A program made the translations under genes and the position numbers. The notes beneath the pieces were generated by a model. It was not told the DNA's origin. It worked only from the letters and a program-made list of their open reading frames with translations, and searched no databases. DNA of 63,292 nucleotides, counting the filler, from Choristocarpus tenellus KU-1152 (Eukaryota > Protista > Phaeophyceae), in the NCBI GenBank assembly GCA_964200185.2. It is 10 parts of 10 records of this genome, joined end to end, with 100 filler letters (N's around TTAATTAATTAA, not from the genome) between each part and the next. Parts side by side here need not be neighbours in the genome. Positions count along the whole stretch, not along the records: positions 30,004 to 38,364 come from CAXNAD020004808.1; positions 38,465 to 47,736 come from CAXNAD020003827.1; positions 47,837 to 52,763 come from CAXNAD020012503.1; 7 more parts are not named here. One strand, written 5' to 3'. This document shows positions 35,027 through 49,536 of the stretch, piece by piece. Numbering within the stretch: the stretch's first letter is position 1; each line of letters starts with the position of its first letter.

Positions 35027-38000
35027 GGAGGTGAGGCCATCCTTGGTACAATGCTTTGGATTGTTGGGAAACCTTTGCATTCCACAGTCTTGAGGTTGTT
35101 GGTATGGTGTGCTCAGTGTTTTTATCTAATTGAGGTTGATTGACAAGATCCTGTCGCCCAGGTCAATGTGTCAATGTGTCGTTGTGTGTGTCTGCCTCTC
35201 GGAAGGGGTTCAATGGTGTGAGGTGTGAGAAGATGGTGTGGGAAGATGGTGTGATAAGACGTTTAACGAAGTTGTGGTGGTACTAGGACATAGTAAGTTT
35301 TGGCAGGGTCCGTCAAACTGATCAACAATGGCTCCTGCATATGTCAAGAGGGAGAAATGAGTACATGTTAATGTTAAGTGTCTTCTAAGTAATTGTTTGG
35401 GTTAAGTACAGGTAGGTGCAATCAGCTGTAACTGCATGCGCTCACAGGTCAGCTTTCAGACCTCCTTCATTATCGTAACAACATCAGTGCTTTATTTTTA
35501 TCTTGTAACTCCTGGATATTGATATTGATATTGCTTTGCGGCCATTTAGCAGGGGACATTGAAGGGACAACTATATAGCCGTTTCGGAGATTCATGGGTT
35601 GCAAAGTTGAGCTACTGTCTTTGAATAGTGTGAGCAACCCTCAACATTCAAGGAGCCTGAAAGACTGTTACAAACAGCACACCAAGCAGCTGAACTGAAG
35701 GCATTGTATGTATGTGATATTCTGATGGACACAATATGTGGAGAGATACAAAGCACTCCAGTTGGAATAGTCTCAACCCAAGACAAAGAGTATAGTCAAC
35801 AGATTTGAATTCTCACATATACCATGCCTCAAGGAACATATCCACTCAATCAACGCCTTCCACCCCTGCCTCAACCGTGGTACTCCATCAGGTTTGTGCC
35901 AGGCAGGATGTTCTGAACACTTTTGTAACATCCTCTCCACCAAGCCGCTGGGGCTCAGTGAGAAAGGATGTTGACTGAAGGGATTGCCTTGTGGCAATAT
36001 TTTGAGATTTTTGGATTGGTTAGGCGTCTGTCATTGATGGGGAGTAAAATGACCTGTACATCAGCGAGAATCTCTTTTCTTATGAATACCTATAGGAAAA
36101 AAGGGAATCTTTGTGTCCTGCCTGCCCTATGTCTTTTTTATTCTTCATATTTGGCATGAAAATATCTCGGTCCCTGAAAATTAAACATTTCCAACAACTA
36201 TTGTGTGTCCGCCCTTGGCTTCCTTCCTTCCTTCCTTCCTTCCCACCATCATCATCATCGTTTTTTATGTATCTTTGTGTTTCAGGGTATCTTTTGTAAG
36301 TGGTGCAGGCCTGAGTTTTATGTTTGTTGTGCAGCATGCTCGTAGAGGCTTAACGGTTTGAGGATTTTGTCCACGGCTGCAGCACCACCTCGTCTATTGT
36401 GACGAACTTGTCCTGTACCAGACAGTGTACAGATCGCGCTTGGTGGCGCACATTGAGGGTCAGGGGTAGCTTGCTCTTTCAGTTATCGCGAACATTGTGG
36501 ATGATGCTGTGGGTGCTTGTACCAGGTCAGATGGTTACATAAATAAACGACTCGGGGTGAATCCGGTGGTGTGTTGTGCTCCACCTGGCTGTCGGCATTG
36601 GTTTTATATTTTAAGAATTGAGTATGAAGTGTGTAGCACATTAGGACGTAAGTAGACTTTATCAAAAAGGAGAGTATGTAGAAGCCACAGATTTAGGCAT
36701 TTTGGTGGGTGGGGGTGCAGCGGGGGAAGTCATTTGAGCGCTTACTTGGCTAGCTGCCATGGATTGCACACACAGATAAAAAAAATGCACAAGGTATGAC
36801 CTTAGGCATGCATGATAGAGGGGTGTTGAAGCACAAGGCTTGTGTGTCACGACTACAATATTTTTATTGTTAAGAGATTGGAGCTCCTGAAGGATTATGC
36901 AGAGAGTGCTGTGGACAAGCCACAAGAGGAAGTTCTGTTGCAGTTGTATGTAAGGAAGCTAGCTGAGGAAGTGCTGCTTCAACAATGTGAGGAGTAACCT
37001 AAATTGATTTTTTTTTAATTCTTATCTCGTTCTAACACTTGAAGCAGCCTGCTTCCTACTCATATGGTACCATTGATACTTTTGTCACTTTTATTGTGGA
37101 GTGCTGACAGGCACCAACAGAGCATTGAGGATTCTTGACTTCAACTAGCAAACCAGGGATACGTTGAAATGCTATTTTTTATTTGAGTGGGAAAGTGTGC
37201 GCTCTGCAGCAAGGTGAAAAGAAGAATGTTTTATATGTATATATTTATATGAAGACTGCATTCAGAGTCCATACGAGTACTGCACTGTTGTGCTATTCTG
37301 CTGCTGTAAAGGAGTCAAATGAACTAGAGGTAGGCAGGGTTGTATTTTACACAGAAAGGGGGAACATCGCTTTTGTGTACACTATTGTGTACATTAATGC
37401 AATGGAATAGATTGCAATTGCACAGGGCAAGAAAGATGGCTTAGAATTCAAAATGGCCCAAACCTGCCAGTATCTCCATTGGTTTGGCTCAAAGGTCACG
37501 AGAAGACGTGGAAAGTGTATCATTTTCTGGTAGGTAGAGCTCTACCCTTGAGTAGTGAGAGAAGCCCCTCAACCAGGAACCAACGCTTTGTGATCAGCAC
37601 TGCTTCATCATGTCTGGGCAAAGCAATTTGTCGCAACAGGCCTTCAATGAGTGTCATGAAAGGGCTATATCCCCTTCATGGCCTTTTATCTAAGTCACCT
37701 ACATCCAACCTCTACCCCCACCTCATGTCTTCAGTTGTGAACACCATTCAGAACACAAAATTAGTGAGTAGTAGGCGGAATAATCTAGAACGGATACAAT
37801 TTTTCAGGTATTCTAAAACATAATTGAGTGTGACAAGACTGTGACACTTGCAAAACTTTGTTTTAGATGCATTGTTAGCAACGATTATGGTATGGTATGG
37901 TATGCTACGGTACACTCGCTTTTTCTAAATGTTCCCTAAAGTAATAATGGATGAAATCGCATTGGTGACATGGGTGTCAATACTTCGTAGTAACTTGTAT

Positions 38001-38464
38001 TCTGTTCATCTATGAGATCACATCTACTACTGTATGAAGGGCCTGTCGGTTTTGATCCGCACTAGGGTTTTGCTTGACGGATTGCTGGGATTGATGTGTC
38101 CAGTGGGGCCTACTCTTCACGAGGGAACCTGATGGTGACCACCCCCTGCTCTGATTCGTCCCTTACATAATTTTTTCTTTGGTACGCGCGCATTATCGCT
38201 ATCACTGTTCAGAAAGGTGGTTTGTTTTGCTCACGAATTCTGTATTATATTTATTATTATTTTATTCTACGTTTGTATTCCTCCCTATTCCCTTTTCTCC
38301 CCACATTCTAACAACCCTTGTGACCAGCCAGTGCGACCCCTTCACCACTGATTTCCAGTCACCCNNNNNNNNNNNNNNNNNNNNNNNNNNNNNNNNNNNN
38401 NNNNNNNNTTAATTAATTAANNNNNNNNNNNNNNNNNNNNNNNNNNNNNNNNNNNNNNNNNNNN

Positions 38465-41400
38465 GGCCTTGACCCCCTCCGCAGGGACTCTAGGTACACC
38501 AGAACCCCCCTCCTCCAGCTCTTCCCGATTCCCCTCCCCCAATGCTACCTGCGCTCCCATTCGTTGGAGAAGATCCACTGCATCTCTTTTGTAGATTTCA
38601 ACAGACTGTTTAATTTTATTTAATTGGAGTTTTGAATGCACGAAACCAGCAAATGAGAAGATATCACGACAGTTACATAGCAATAAACAGAAAAATTTCA
38701 TCCATAGCGATGGGAAAAAAATCTACTAAAAAAAATATATCTTCCAATTCCTCACTACACACACACACACAAAACCAATCACATACAAATAATTTCGTAA
38801 GCCAAACCAAACCAAAAAAATCTGGACAGAGCCACCCAAAGTTCCACTCACACTCTTTCTGACATTCAATATCCTAGACTTGAGTTCCTCCACCGCTTCC
38901 TTCATCATTGATGACCCACTAGGGGTAGCCTTCCTCACACTCTTGAACGAGTATTCCTTTTCCAACACCACCATCTACATCCGAGGCATGAAAAATCGAA
39001 AGCACAATATAAAAAAAATGTCAGTTTTTTTTGTAACACTTACCATGATTGCACAACTGCAAGAGAGTCAGTTCCACAGGCTATAGGTTTACAAAACAAT
39101 ACAGTCAGCAGTTGTTGAAAACCTCAAGCACTGTTCACTTTAAGAACTACATACTGATATCCCGGTAAGGTATCACAATTCCCATTCCAACCAACTACCC
39201 CAAGTGATGTAATAAGGGGCAAACAGCCAATCACAACAAGCTACAGATATGCAGTCTCTCTCACATGCCTCACAACGAAACCCCTGCCTGCCTGTCAAGT
39301 GACACTCCAACAACAAATTAAATACCCTGCACCACCACAGCACTAGTGCACCCTACTTAAAAACAATAATTTTTTCCCCAGACTGTAACCCTAACCCTAA
39401 TTAGCCCAACAAAAACACAAAAGGCTAACCTGCTCATCTTCAGCCAATCCTGCCAGAACCACATTGATTCCACTCTTCCCAGCCCTCCCTGTCCTTCCAC
39501 TCCTGTGGACAAAGCTCTCCTGGTCTAGAGGAAGCCTGTAGTGAAATACCATGTCCACGCCAGGGATGTCCAGGCCTCTCGCCGCAACATCAGTCGCTAT
39601 CAAAACCTTAAAAAAATTAAATGTATTACGATAAACCAAAAATTGAAAAGTGGATGCATTCATTATCATGCATTTCGTCTCAAGCAAATACTTCACAACA
39701 ATGAAAAGTACATTCAACACTTTATTTTTTTTCCCACAGCATATCTACCTATCTATCCGTGTGAGACACCATTGAGACCAAGAAAGAACCCTGACTCAAG
39801 AGCAACTAATGCCACATGTGAGGCTGTGACACTGACCTATTAATCAACACTGATGTTTTGTTACAAAGCACCATCACATTTACATCCAAACTAGGTCTCA
39901 TTCAACCGTCAGGTGATTAAAAAAAATGAAAATCCAGAAGATAACAAAAAACATACAATAAAAAATATAGAAACAACAGTAGTTCAAGGATTCAAATGAT
40001 ACTTACCACCAAAAAAAACCAATAGAGCAACAACTGATCACGCCAGAATCTTCATCCAAAACCAAGTGAGATTGCACCCTCCCTAGACATAAATCTCAAC
40101 AACATATGCATGATGTAGGTAATCAAGCAAATAATTGGGAAAGTAGAACAACCCACTACGTGGTAGATTGCACATTCGATTTTTCTGTTCTTAAATTTAA
40201 ATCTTTTAGATACCCTTTGACAGAGGTATTTTCAAACCCCACAAATCTGCCACCTCAAAGTAGACTAAAAAAAAACTCTCCTGTCTGAAATCATCATGGG
40301 TACAACCTCTCTAATCACAACCACAAGCAGGGCTCACACCACTACAGTGGAGTATCCAAAGGCATTTCCTATATTCCAAAATGAGTTGATCATTAATACT
40401 ACTTCTACACAACAGTGACATAATAATAAACACACTTGCATGAATCGGTAAATTCAACAAACAAGTCACTCAACGGACCGCTTTTTGACACCCTCTATCA
40501 AACTAAAACTCTATTACTTCTCCTGGATTGCACTGGCACATCAAGAACACACTCGTATGAAAAAAAAATGTTAGTGCTCTACTTCCAAATACTTGAAAAT
40601 AAAAAAAGTTTGTTTCGCTATGGTCAACAAATAAAATTAGTATTTTCTACGAATGAACTTTTCAGGTACTTCATAAGCCAGTTCAAAATGCCATTTTACT
40701 ATATATATACATACTAAGCCAGAAAATAAATATTTTTCAGTACCCTTAATACGTAAAAAACAATGCCCTTTCTTGTCACAAAACAATCACAACAACAAAC
40801 AACAGTAGAACAGCAACAGGCTCGACCACATACATGTTACATACATGCACATTAAAAAAATCACCTTTGTCCTTCCAGATCTAAACCTCGACAGGGTCGC
40901 TTCCCTTGCCCCCTGGGAATGACCTCCGTGCAACGCCTCTGCTCCAAGACGTGATAATGATGGATGTGTGCACAGCTCATCCACTTCAGCCTTGGTCTGT
41001 CATAATTTATTATGTTTTCAGACAAATAAACAAAGAATAAAAAGAATGTGGTGATGCAATCAAGATAATATATATTTTTTATTGTGGGTACTGTAACATT
41101 TTACCCAGTCCTTTTGTTTTTGTGTAAAACAGTCATGTAATACATAGCTTTTGTACAGTAAGAATAATAGTAAGAAATAATACCATGGCAGAGAGTTGAT
41201 CTATGGTCTAGTGAATCAACCTATTCAATTAATTACTTTCAAAAACGATCATAGTATAAAGTAATAATAGAAAAAAAAATACCATGGCAGAAAGTTGATA
41301 TTTGGTCTAGTACAATTTATTAAACGAATTACTTAATAAATACACCATACTGTAAGTTATAATAGTAAAAAAGAACACCATGGCAGAGAGTTGATCTCAG

Positions 41401-44400
41401 GTTTAGTGCAATCTACTAAATAAACTATATGGGGGAAAAGGTAGAAGGTTAAATAAAAAGAAGCGTATGCAAAGGTGGCCTAACTCTTTAAAAACAACAA
41501 AATATTAATAAATAATAGCTTACAATCTATTTTTATTTTACAATTTCCTACAAGGAACAGTAAAAAACATCCATTAATTTTTTCTAATGACAGATACATT
41601 TAAACCATCAAATAAAGAACATCTTCAATATTCCAAATACTTCACAACGCCTTGCCAAAATTCTGTACAAAAAAAGTAACATTTGCAAAAAAATAAAGGG
41701 TAAAAAACATTACATATTTCCTAACAATGTACAGATCGAAAAAGTTCACAAAACCCTTTTCACCGATAACAACTCCAGCCCTAAATCCACATGAATGCTC
41801 ATCTGTGAAAAACGTTTTTCCCACATACATACATACATAACATAATCCAACCACACACTACAAACATAACCAAACGCCGACACAAACACATAAATAAAAA
41901 TAAACTACCTAGAAAACAATAAACGAAATAATCAAAACTATTTCATACATGCACAAAACACTACGAATTTCAAGTACTATAAAATAAAATAAAATTAACA
42001 CTCTTACAGATAAAATAAAAAAACTGATAATTCAATTCATTTGTGGAAAATAGAGAGTAGTATTCAAGAAGATTTTTTTTCATACTTTTAATGCCATTAT
42101 TGATAATAATAAACAGATAGTAATTTCATGTAATCATTCACTAACAGACCTCAATAATGTTGATAGAATAAAGCCAAGACTAGGGTGGGGGCTTGTCGCA
42201 GACATTCACAGAACTCTACTGCATATGAGTGAAAGTATCTTAGAGGGTACGAATTTTTCCCTGTTTGTCCATTTGGGGCTTGACTTCCCATGGGTTCTTT
42301 TATGACATTTTCCTACTCCAAAATGGTTCGGAGTAGGGAAAGTGTATACGTTATGAAAAGGTGTGACCAAAAGATGGATATTGACACTTCCTAACAAACA
42401 CGATAGCCTAAACTACATCAAAATCGCAACATTGGATTTTAGTCCCCAAATGGACGTGACTCTACCCCAACCCTAAGATACTTTGACTCATATATCCCGA
42501 CCTGTGTGAAGATGATTGACCTCTTATTTGATGCATATGCCGTCGCCACTACCCCCAAAATTTCCGGACGAGTGTCCCTGGTGCATGCAAAGGTCCAGTG
42601 ACTGATTGTACTGGGTATCTTCTCACTCTCATCTCCCACCAGGTCAATAAAATGCGGCTTATCGAGGTACTTCCGAGAGAGCTGTAAGACCCAACCTGCC
42701 ACAGAAATAATAAAAGAATATGAGAAAAACGTACGATTTTTTTTGTTGTATATATTATGTGTAAACTTCAATTACACAACTAAAAAATTACTGTATCTCG
42801 ATAGAATACATAAACACCACATGTTCTCGCCTTCAACCAATATCTGCTGAAAAATAAACTTACTTCTACAACTAGTTACTTCGGAACAATTTGTGATAAT
42901 GACCGATCAACGCACCTGCACAAAAAAAAATGCACAAAATATCTTTTTTAAAAATGGAACAAAAAAAAGTTAAAAACAATAAAAATCGCACTATACACAC
43001 ATACCAACACATATCCAAAACACAAAAAAACAAACCTAACCCTAACCCTAACTCTCACATATCACAAAAATAATGCCACCAACACAGATTACCATTACTA
43101 TCTCAATAATACCACACTAGTAAGACTTCATATTTTTCTTTTTTAAGACTCGATTGACACGGTTACTAATAAAAAAAAAATTGGAGTATACTACCGTTCA
43201 ATGAAACACTTCACTTCCCTTCCCTTCTCTTCTCTTCACTACACTACACTTCTCTTCTCTTCTCACACAAAACACTCACGGGGCATGGTAGCTGACCACA
43301 GTGTAGTCTGCTTGTCATCAGGCATCTGCTCAAATAGTCTCTCAACTGACTCCTGGAAGCCCATCTGAAGCATCAGGTCAGCCTCATCCAGAACACAGAA
43401 TTGGATCTCACTCTGCCAACAGAAATAAGACAAAAATTCAGTCAGGAAAAATACAATTCAAACGCCAGAGAGATAAAAACAACTTACAAAGAAAAAAATA
43501 TATGAAAAACTTTCCAAAATACTTCATTAAATCATACACATACTACAAAATTAAAAAATATTTCACACACACACACACAAAGCAAAAGTTTATTTATGTA
43601 CAAACTTCCTAAGGGTGTATCAGGGTCACTGAGGTCTCCTACAATAGTCTGTAGCACAAAACACACAAAAAAAATTCAAGAAAAAAAATAACCAATCAAA
43701 TCAGGCCTCTTCATCGAGTTCAAACGTTGATTCTGTTTCCTCAATGTAATGGAATATTTCCCATCAAGAATGGAGCTACTTCATTCTCACATCATCGGCA
43801 TAACCACCACCTAAGCACCGTTGACTTGATTACAAAAAAAAAATGCTTAAAAAAAATGAAAAAATATATTCCGAGGTACCTTTCGATCAACCAGAATGCT
43901 TTTCAGAATATTCTAGTTTTTACTCTCTTACCGCTCAATCATTAAACAAATAAATAGTAATAATTTCATTAAAGGAGGGTGTTCTTTTTTGGATTCATAC
44001 ACTGAAAAGAGAACAGAAAACAATTTCAAAACATCTATCAACCACCATTTCCAAATTTCCACTTCATCCCCAAAAAACAAGTGCAAGAAGAAAGAAGAGT
44101 CAGACATTCCAAAAAAGAGAAAAAAAAACTTCCCACACACACCAAAACAAAATCTCCCGCCATTTTATTCCCACCCCCCTTAAGACTCCCTACAGTCATG
44201 TCCCCCTCTCAATCTCACCAGGCTAAGAGTCCCCTGCTCTAAGTGATCAATGATACGACCAGGGGTACCGACGATGACATCACACCCCTTTCTCATCTGA
44301 CCAATCTGAGGTCCAATGGGGGTACCTCCATAAACAGCCAGGGATGAAAGATCTGGTGCGATCCGGTTAAACTCCCTCTCCACCTGTTCAAAACAATAAA

Positions 44401-46923
44401 ACAAAAAACATTAAAAAAAAATCATGACCTTGGTTAATTAAGTACCCACAACTTCTTTAGGGTTAAGGGTTAGGTTTAGGGCCACTGCACCGACTGACTG
44501 GTACCTCAGTCAGGGTGCTCGCATTGACGCCAACAACAAGGAGATACATAACTTTTTTTATTACACCTCTACAAGACCAAACGGTTTTAAATGCGTTATC
44601 GATAGCACACAACATTACCACAGAAGAAATAAAAAACATGTACAACATCTTTTTTTTTAGATGGCTCTTACTGCAAACAATAACAAAACACATTTACAGA
44701 GGGAGGTAATACAGGATGAAACAACAACGACAACGGACACCACCATGCAAGCAATAACAACAACAACAACAACCACCAAAGTTGTATTCAAGGAGTCACA
44801 TTCCCATCTCAGGACACAAAACATTATCATTCAAAGCCTTCAATACATCTATAAAAACACATACACAGGACGCATGGACAATAGGCAAGCCAGTGGCACA
44901 GAAGAGATTCCTGGAAAATTCCGAGATAAATCCTGGACGCAGCCGATAGCCATGCAGAAAAGTTTTTAATCTCTTTTTTTAATTCAGTTGTTGGCTCTGG
45001 CTCTGTACTGTGCAGACCACACCGTAGGAGTAGATATCACCCTCCAACTACAGCATTAACCAAGTCTCATAAATCAATATCTAAATCTTTCCTGACTGCA
45101 CAGTCCACACTCACATTCCCCGTACACTCACCCATCGCTCCCGTATTCTACAGAGCAGCTACACTTTGATACCTTCCTTCCACCACAGTCAGACTTTCAC
45201 ACCTGTTTAGCAAGCTCTCGGGTTGGAGCCACAACAATCGCCCGGGGTCTCCGTCCTGAGGCACACCTGGTGAACTCTTTCCACCTTCCACCACGTTGCT
45301 TAGCCCGGCTGCTGCTGGGCTGATTCAAACTCTGTTCACATATGAACAGTATTATCATAGTAATTATTATTATTATCATGATTACATGTGTGTATGTGTG
45401 TGTGTCAGAGAGATTTATGTTGAAGTGGGCAAAAAGACTTTGTATAATAAAAAGAATGAGCTAACACACAAAAATATCGTAAGAAATAATCATGATAATA
45501 ATAGTAACAATAAGGCAAGCGTACACACAATACACACTAATTTAATTTTAAAAGAGTGCAAAAAAAAAGATGAGTGAAGAAAAAAAATAAACGGAAAACG
45601 AAACATTGAAGACCGAGGAATTTAAGATTGTGTATGAAAAGGACTAAAAGATTTTTTAAGTCATCTGCAACAAACATTAAACAGAAAATTTAAAAAAATC
45701 GTGAACAATAATATCGAAAAATATATATTCAGGTCAATGAAATTTTAGAGACATAAAATATAAACCCTTAAAAAAACATGCAAAACCTACAAATAATCTC
45801 ATCTCAATCCCAGAATTAAAGCAATAAAACACAGAACTCAGGAATTAGAAGCGAATCAGACAAAAAAAAAAGTGTCAATAAAAATAAGAAAAAAATACCA
45901 CAAGATCGTTCTTTTTTTATAAATTCACTAAAAGGTGAAACACGTACACCTTGCAGATACCCATGTCAACATATCTCAAAGACCAGCCTTACATGTGAAT
46001 TTTTTTAAAAGGAGTCAATTCCTTTTTGAATGTCAAGATACACGACCGAAGTACACCACAAAAAATATTCACAAAAAATAAAATCTCCAGCGCCGTTCAA
46101 CTAATGCAAATGTAAAGTCTTCTGTGCTTTTCATATCGCAACAATAAAAAACATACTTATACCATGATAAAAAAATATTTTTCACAAACTTGAAAAATAA
46201 AATGAAATAAATTTAGTGAATCAGTCTCCAACGTAACACATTTGGGACCGTAGTTACGAGCATCTGCTCGGGTAATTCTCCAATAAGGTAGGACAAACAC
46301 ATATGGAGCTGTATATGTAGCAGTCTCTTCTCTTCTTAGCAATGTCTTTTTTGACTGGAAGTCCAACCATAGGTTGGGAGATGCTGCTTTCTCAAAAATA
46401 TTCATATGCCATACATGGTAATCATGCATTGAACTACAACACGATGAATGTAACCATTCTAAATTAATCGATCTTCTGCTGGTGGATGGAATACAACCCT
46501 TGGAATCAACCAACAGTTTTCAAAAATACTCACAATTAAAATATATACTAATTATGTATATATATATATAAATATAAAACAGAGACGAATTATAAAGTCA
46601 CAACTCATCTCATAAAAGAAAAAAGACATTCGTAACCAGTAAGGAAAAGCATTCACACAGGTGTATAAACTGTACACGTACACTTTTTTTTTCAAACAAA
46701 AGGTTAAATGACACCAAACATTCCCGCTGTTACCAAGTCTTTCAGAGATGGTGTATGTCATTCATTCTCAAATATACACAAATATTTCACAAAAACCTCA
46801 AAATATTCCCAACACACACATGCCTACCTGTCGATCTAACACCTCACAGATTGGGATAGCAAAGGCCAGCGTCTTTCCCGAACCGGTCTTGCTCTTACAC
46901 AAAATGTCTTTACCACCAACAAC
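38465..46923 (-). CDS. DEAD-box RNA helicase, DDX21/RH3/RH9-like (partial, nine exons)
   Basis: Exons 46923-46828, 45331-45203, 44383-44219, 43412-43280, 42695-42502, 40996-40865, 39606-39430, 38974-38852 and 38605-(38549 or contig end) join in frame. Motifs: [70 protein letters not shown]. Both ends lie outside the identifiable region. Confidence 0.95.
41160..41420. repeat. Intronic ~98-bp tandem repeat x3
   Basis: accatggcaga.agttgat....ggt.tagt at ~41182, 41281 and 41377. Confidence 0.85.
42227..42489. mobile_element. MITE family A, complete, TSD ATAT, in helicase intron 12 nt from the 5' splice site
   Basis: gagtgaaagtatcttagagggta ... cctaagatactttgactc, flanked by atat at 42223-42226 and 42490-42493. 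Confidence 0.92.
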
Positions 46924-46974
46924 CTGCACAGAAGAATAAGAGCAGCATTTTAAAAACACGTATGAAAAACATTA

Positions 46975-47230
46975 GCAGCAATAATAATAATAATAACAAT
47001 CATAAAATAACAAACATGTAACATAAACAAGCACACAAAAATAAAACAATCTCAATGTACAAAATAATAACACTAAATGTACAGACGCACTAATAATAAT
47101 AATAATAATAACAAACATATAAAGTAAACAATTAGCACACAAAAAAAATGACCTGAATGTACAAAATAACACTGAATGTACGGAAGCACTAATAATAATA
47201 ATAATAAGCGGGTAAAACAAACAATAAGAA
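46975..47230. repeat. ~105-bp AT-rich tandem duplication
   Basis: aatgtacaaaata..cact.aatgtac.ga.gcactaataataataata occurs at ~47054 and ~47156. Confidence 0.7.
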
Positions 47231-47586
47231 CACAAAAAAATTATCAGAACGTACAAAGTATCCCCGTATCAATACCAAACATACTTATCAATTCATGCTT
47301 CATGCTTCATATTGCATACGGATGTGTCTGGTCATGGGGAGTTTACACAAATAAAAAACAGTTTTAATGAAAATGTTAATGTAGACTAAAAAATAAGATA
47401 TCAGTAATAATATTCGATAAGATAACTTAAAAAAAAAAAACACACACACACAGAACACTAGAACATCAAAAAAATCAGATAAATTCCTTCAAAGAAACCA
47501 TGTAATGAAAACAGATATGTAATGACAAACCAACACAGCGCGCTATCACAGAAAAAATGTCACAGCAGAAGCAACACACAATAATA

Positions 47587-47690
47587 GGGTCAAAGTATCT
47601 GGGGGGGGGGGGTGCCTGTGTCCGTTTTTGACCCTGGCTTGAAGTATCTAGGAGGGGTGGTGGCTTTTCATTTGGGGCCAAATAGACATT
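47587..47690. mobile_element. Two adjoining MITE ends (gggtcaaagtatctg... and ggcttgaagtatctagg...) near contig end
   Basis: 47587 matches the terminus at 57362. 47636 onward matches the G-tract MITE at 9919. Confidence 0.75.
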
Positions 47691-47836
47691 CTATACTTCC
47701 GGCCCCTCCCCCAGCACCCTCACGGCCCGATAACTCNNNNNNNNNNNNNNNNNNNNNNNNNNNNNNNNNNNNNNNNNNNNTTAATTAATTAANNNNNNNN
47801 NNNNNNNNNNNNNNNNNNNNNNNNNNNNNNNNNNNN

Positions 47837-48060
47837 CAAATGGACACCTTGGTGTAGACCCCCCCCCCCTTCCCAGATACTTTGGGTCTTCTCCGAAATG
47901 TTTTGGAGTAGGTAAAATGTAAACATTATGAAAAAGTGTGTTCGGAACAAGGATATTGACACTTCCTTAACAAACCAACAGTCAAAATTTCATCAAAATC
48001 GTGCCATTGAATTTTGGTCCCCAAACGGACGCGGCTCTACCCTCTAAGGTACTTTGACTC
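47837..48060. mobile_element. G-tract MITE end (47837-47888) nested in a family A MITE (47889-48060)
   Basis: ...cccagatactttgggtc is followed directly by family A interior (ctccgaaatgttttggagtagg) ending in cctctaaggtactttgactc. Confidence 0.85.
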
Positions 48061-49536
48061 ATTATTGGCATTACTCTAAAGCATTCAAGCTTATTCGGCC
48101 TGTAACCTGATCTAGGACACAATCTAATTTAGGGTCGATTTGCTTCTGACATTTGTTACCAGGACATCACTCGGGGAGTGGTCCCTCGATAGTGTCACTT
48201 GTCCATGTCACACCTGAGTCCATTTGCTCTACACAACATCTGCTGTCTATAACTAGGTAGACTTGCGCCAAGCGTCCCTTGTCAGGGCAGCGCCTGGGCC
48301 CTACTTGCTTTGTATCATATGTTATCCAGAAGTGCCTGTACACTTTTGTGAAGTAGCATACATTGTCCAAAACAACGCCTTCTGCAGTCATTTGCTCAAT
48401 CTCATACTTCGAAGTATGGTTTCTCATTTGTTTGACACTATCAAACAGGTTGTATGCCAGAAGAAAGGAGAAACAGTGTAAGTGCAAAATGGAGAAATGT
48501 ATGCCTCCAACATGCACTCAAGACATCTGATATCCAGGGTTTGGGGGGCCTTGACCCTGTGAAGTCTGTTGTCTAGAAAATGCTTTGCTGCATATAATGC
48601 TCAGACAGCATTATCCACATAAGCGCAAGGTCGCCCTTCAGAGAGAAAAGAATCCAGGCACCTGAAGGACGCCACAGGGGTCTCAAATACTCAACTACAC
48701 CTCCCTTGAAGACAGAATAACTTGTTCAGGCATCATGCATTAAGTGCTTCGAACCTTGAGGAGATCGTTTTGTGGCAGTACTTTACTTTCTGGTTTTGGC
48801 AATGAAATGGAACGGCCAGTACGAGTATAATCTTTGTCGTTACACTGTAACACGACAATGGTGATTGACATTTCCCTCCTGTCCAACTCTGCAATAATAC
48901 CCGTCTAGTAATACCTACCCTTTGCTTGAAGTCAAATACCTATCCAGGAGCTTTGCAGTGTATGATGGGTGCTGTGCTGTCATGTGCACCAGGCTACCAG
49001 ACAGCATTGTGGATACCTTAAGGTTCTTTCTTGCCCTTTACACAATAATCCTGCCAGAATTTATCTCCCACTCCTATTTAAAGATGGTTTCCCTTGTTCT
49101 GGTTTGATTATTTTTTTCCTTTCATTGTTGTCTACGAAGGTATGGAATCCTGTGTGTGCCCTTGGATATGCATAAGAAGGTATTCGCAAGGGTGAAGACT
49201 GTTCATGTCTGCATAACAGGGAAGTTAGTGATTTCCACCAGGTAGTAGCCACCGTGGTCAGCAGCCCCAAAAGGAAAGAAACAGAGGGAGATGTGTCCCA
49301 AGGGGAAAAAGAGAAGGAGAGAACATCTGCCACTAGGCAGTCACATTACTTCAGCATAGCAACCCCAATATGCCTCCCCTCATTCGGTCACACGCATTCA
49401 GTTCCGGCACCGAGGCTTGCCAAGTTCCTCTTCCTCCTTAGTACCAGTTTGTACTATTGTTTTCCCGGACTGTTCTACCTTCGCTCATTCCATCCCGCTG
49501 TACCCAAATTGCTTTTGATAAACAATTAATAGGATA

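Noticed and set aside
2150-46923. Ribosome-biogenesis gene cluster NOL10 + TFIIIA + DDX21-like helicase
   Set aside because: The helicase is six linkers away on another contig. Only the NOL10-TFIIIA adjacency is supported.
48167-49060. Tc1/IS630-type transposase remnant on the minus strand
   Set aside because: There is only a vague resemblance, and no convincing DDE motifs could be read.
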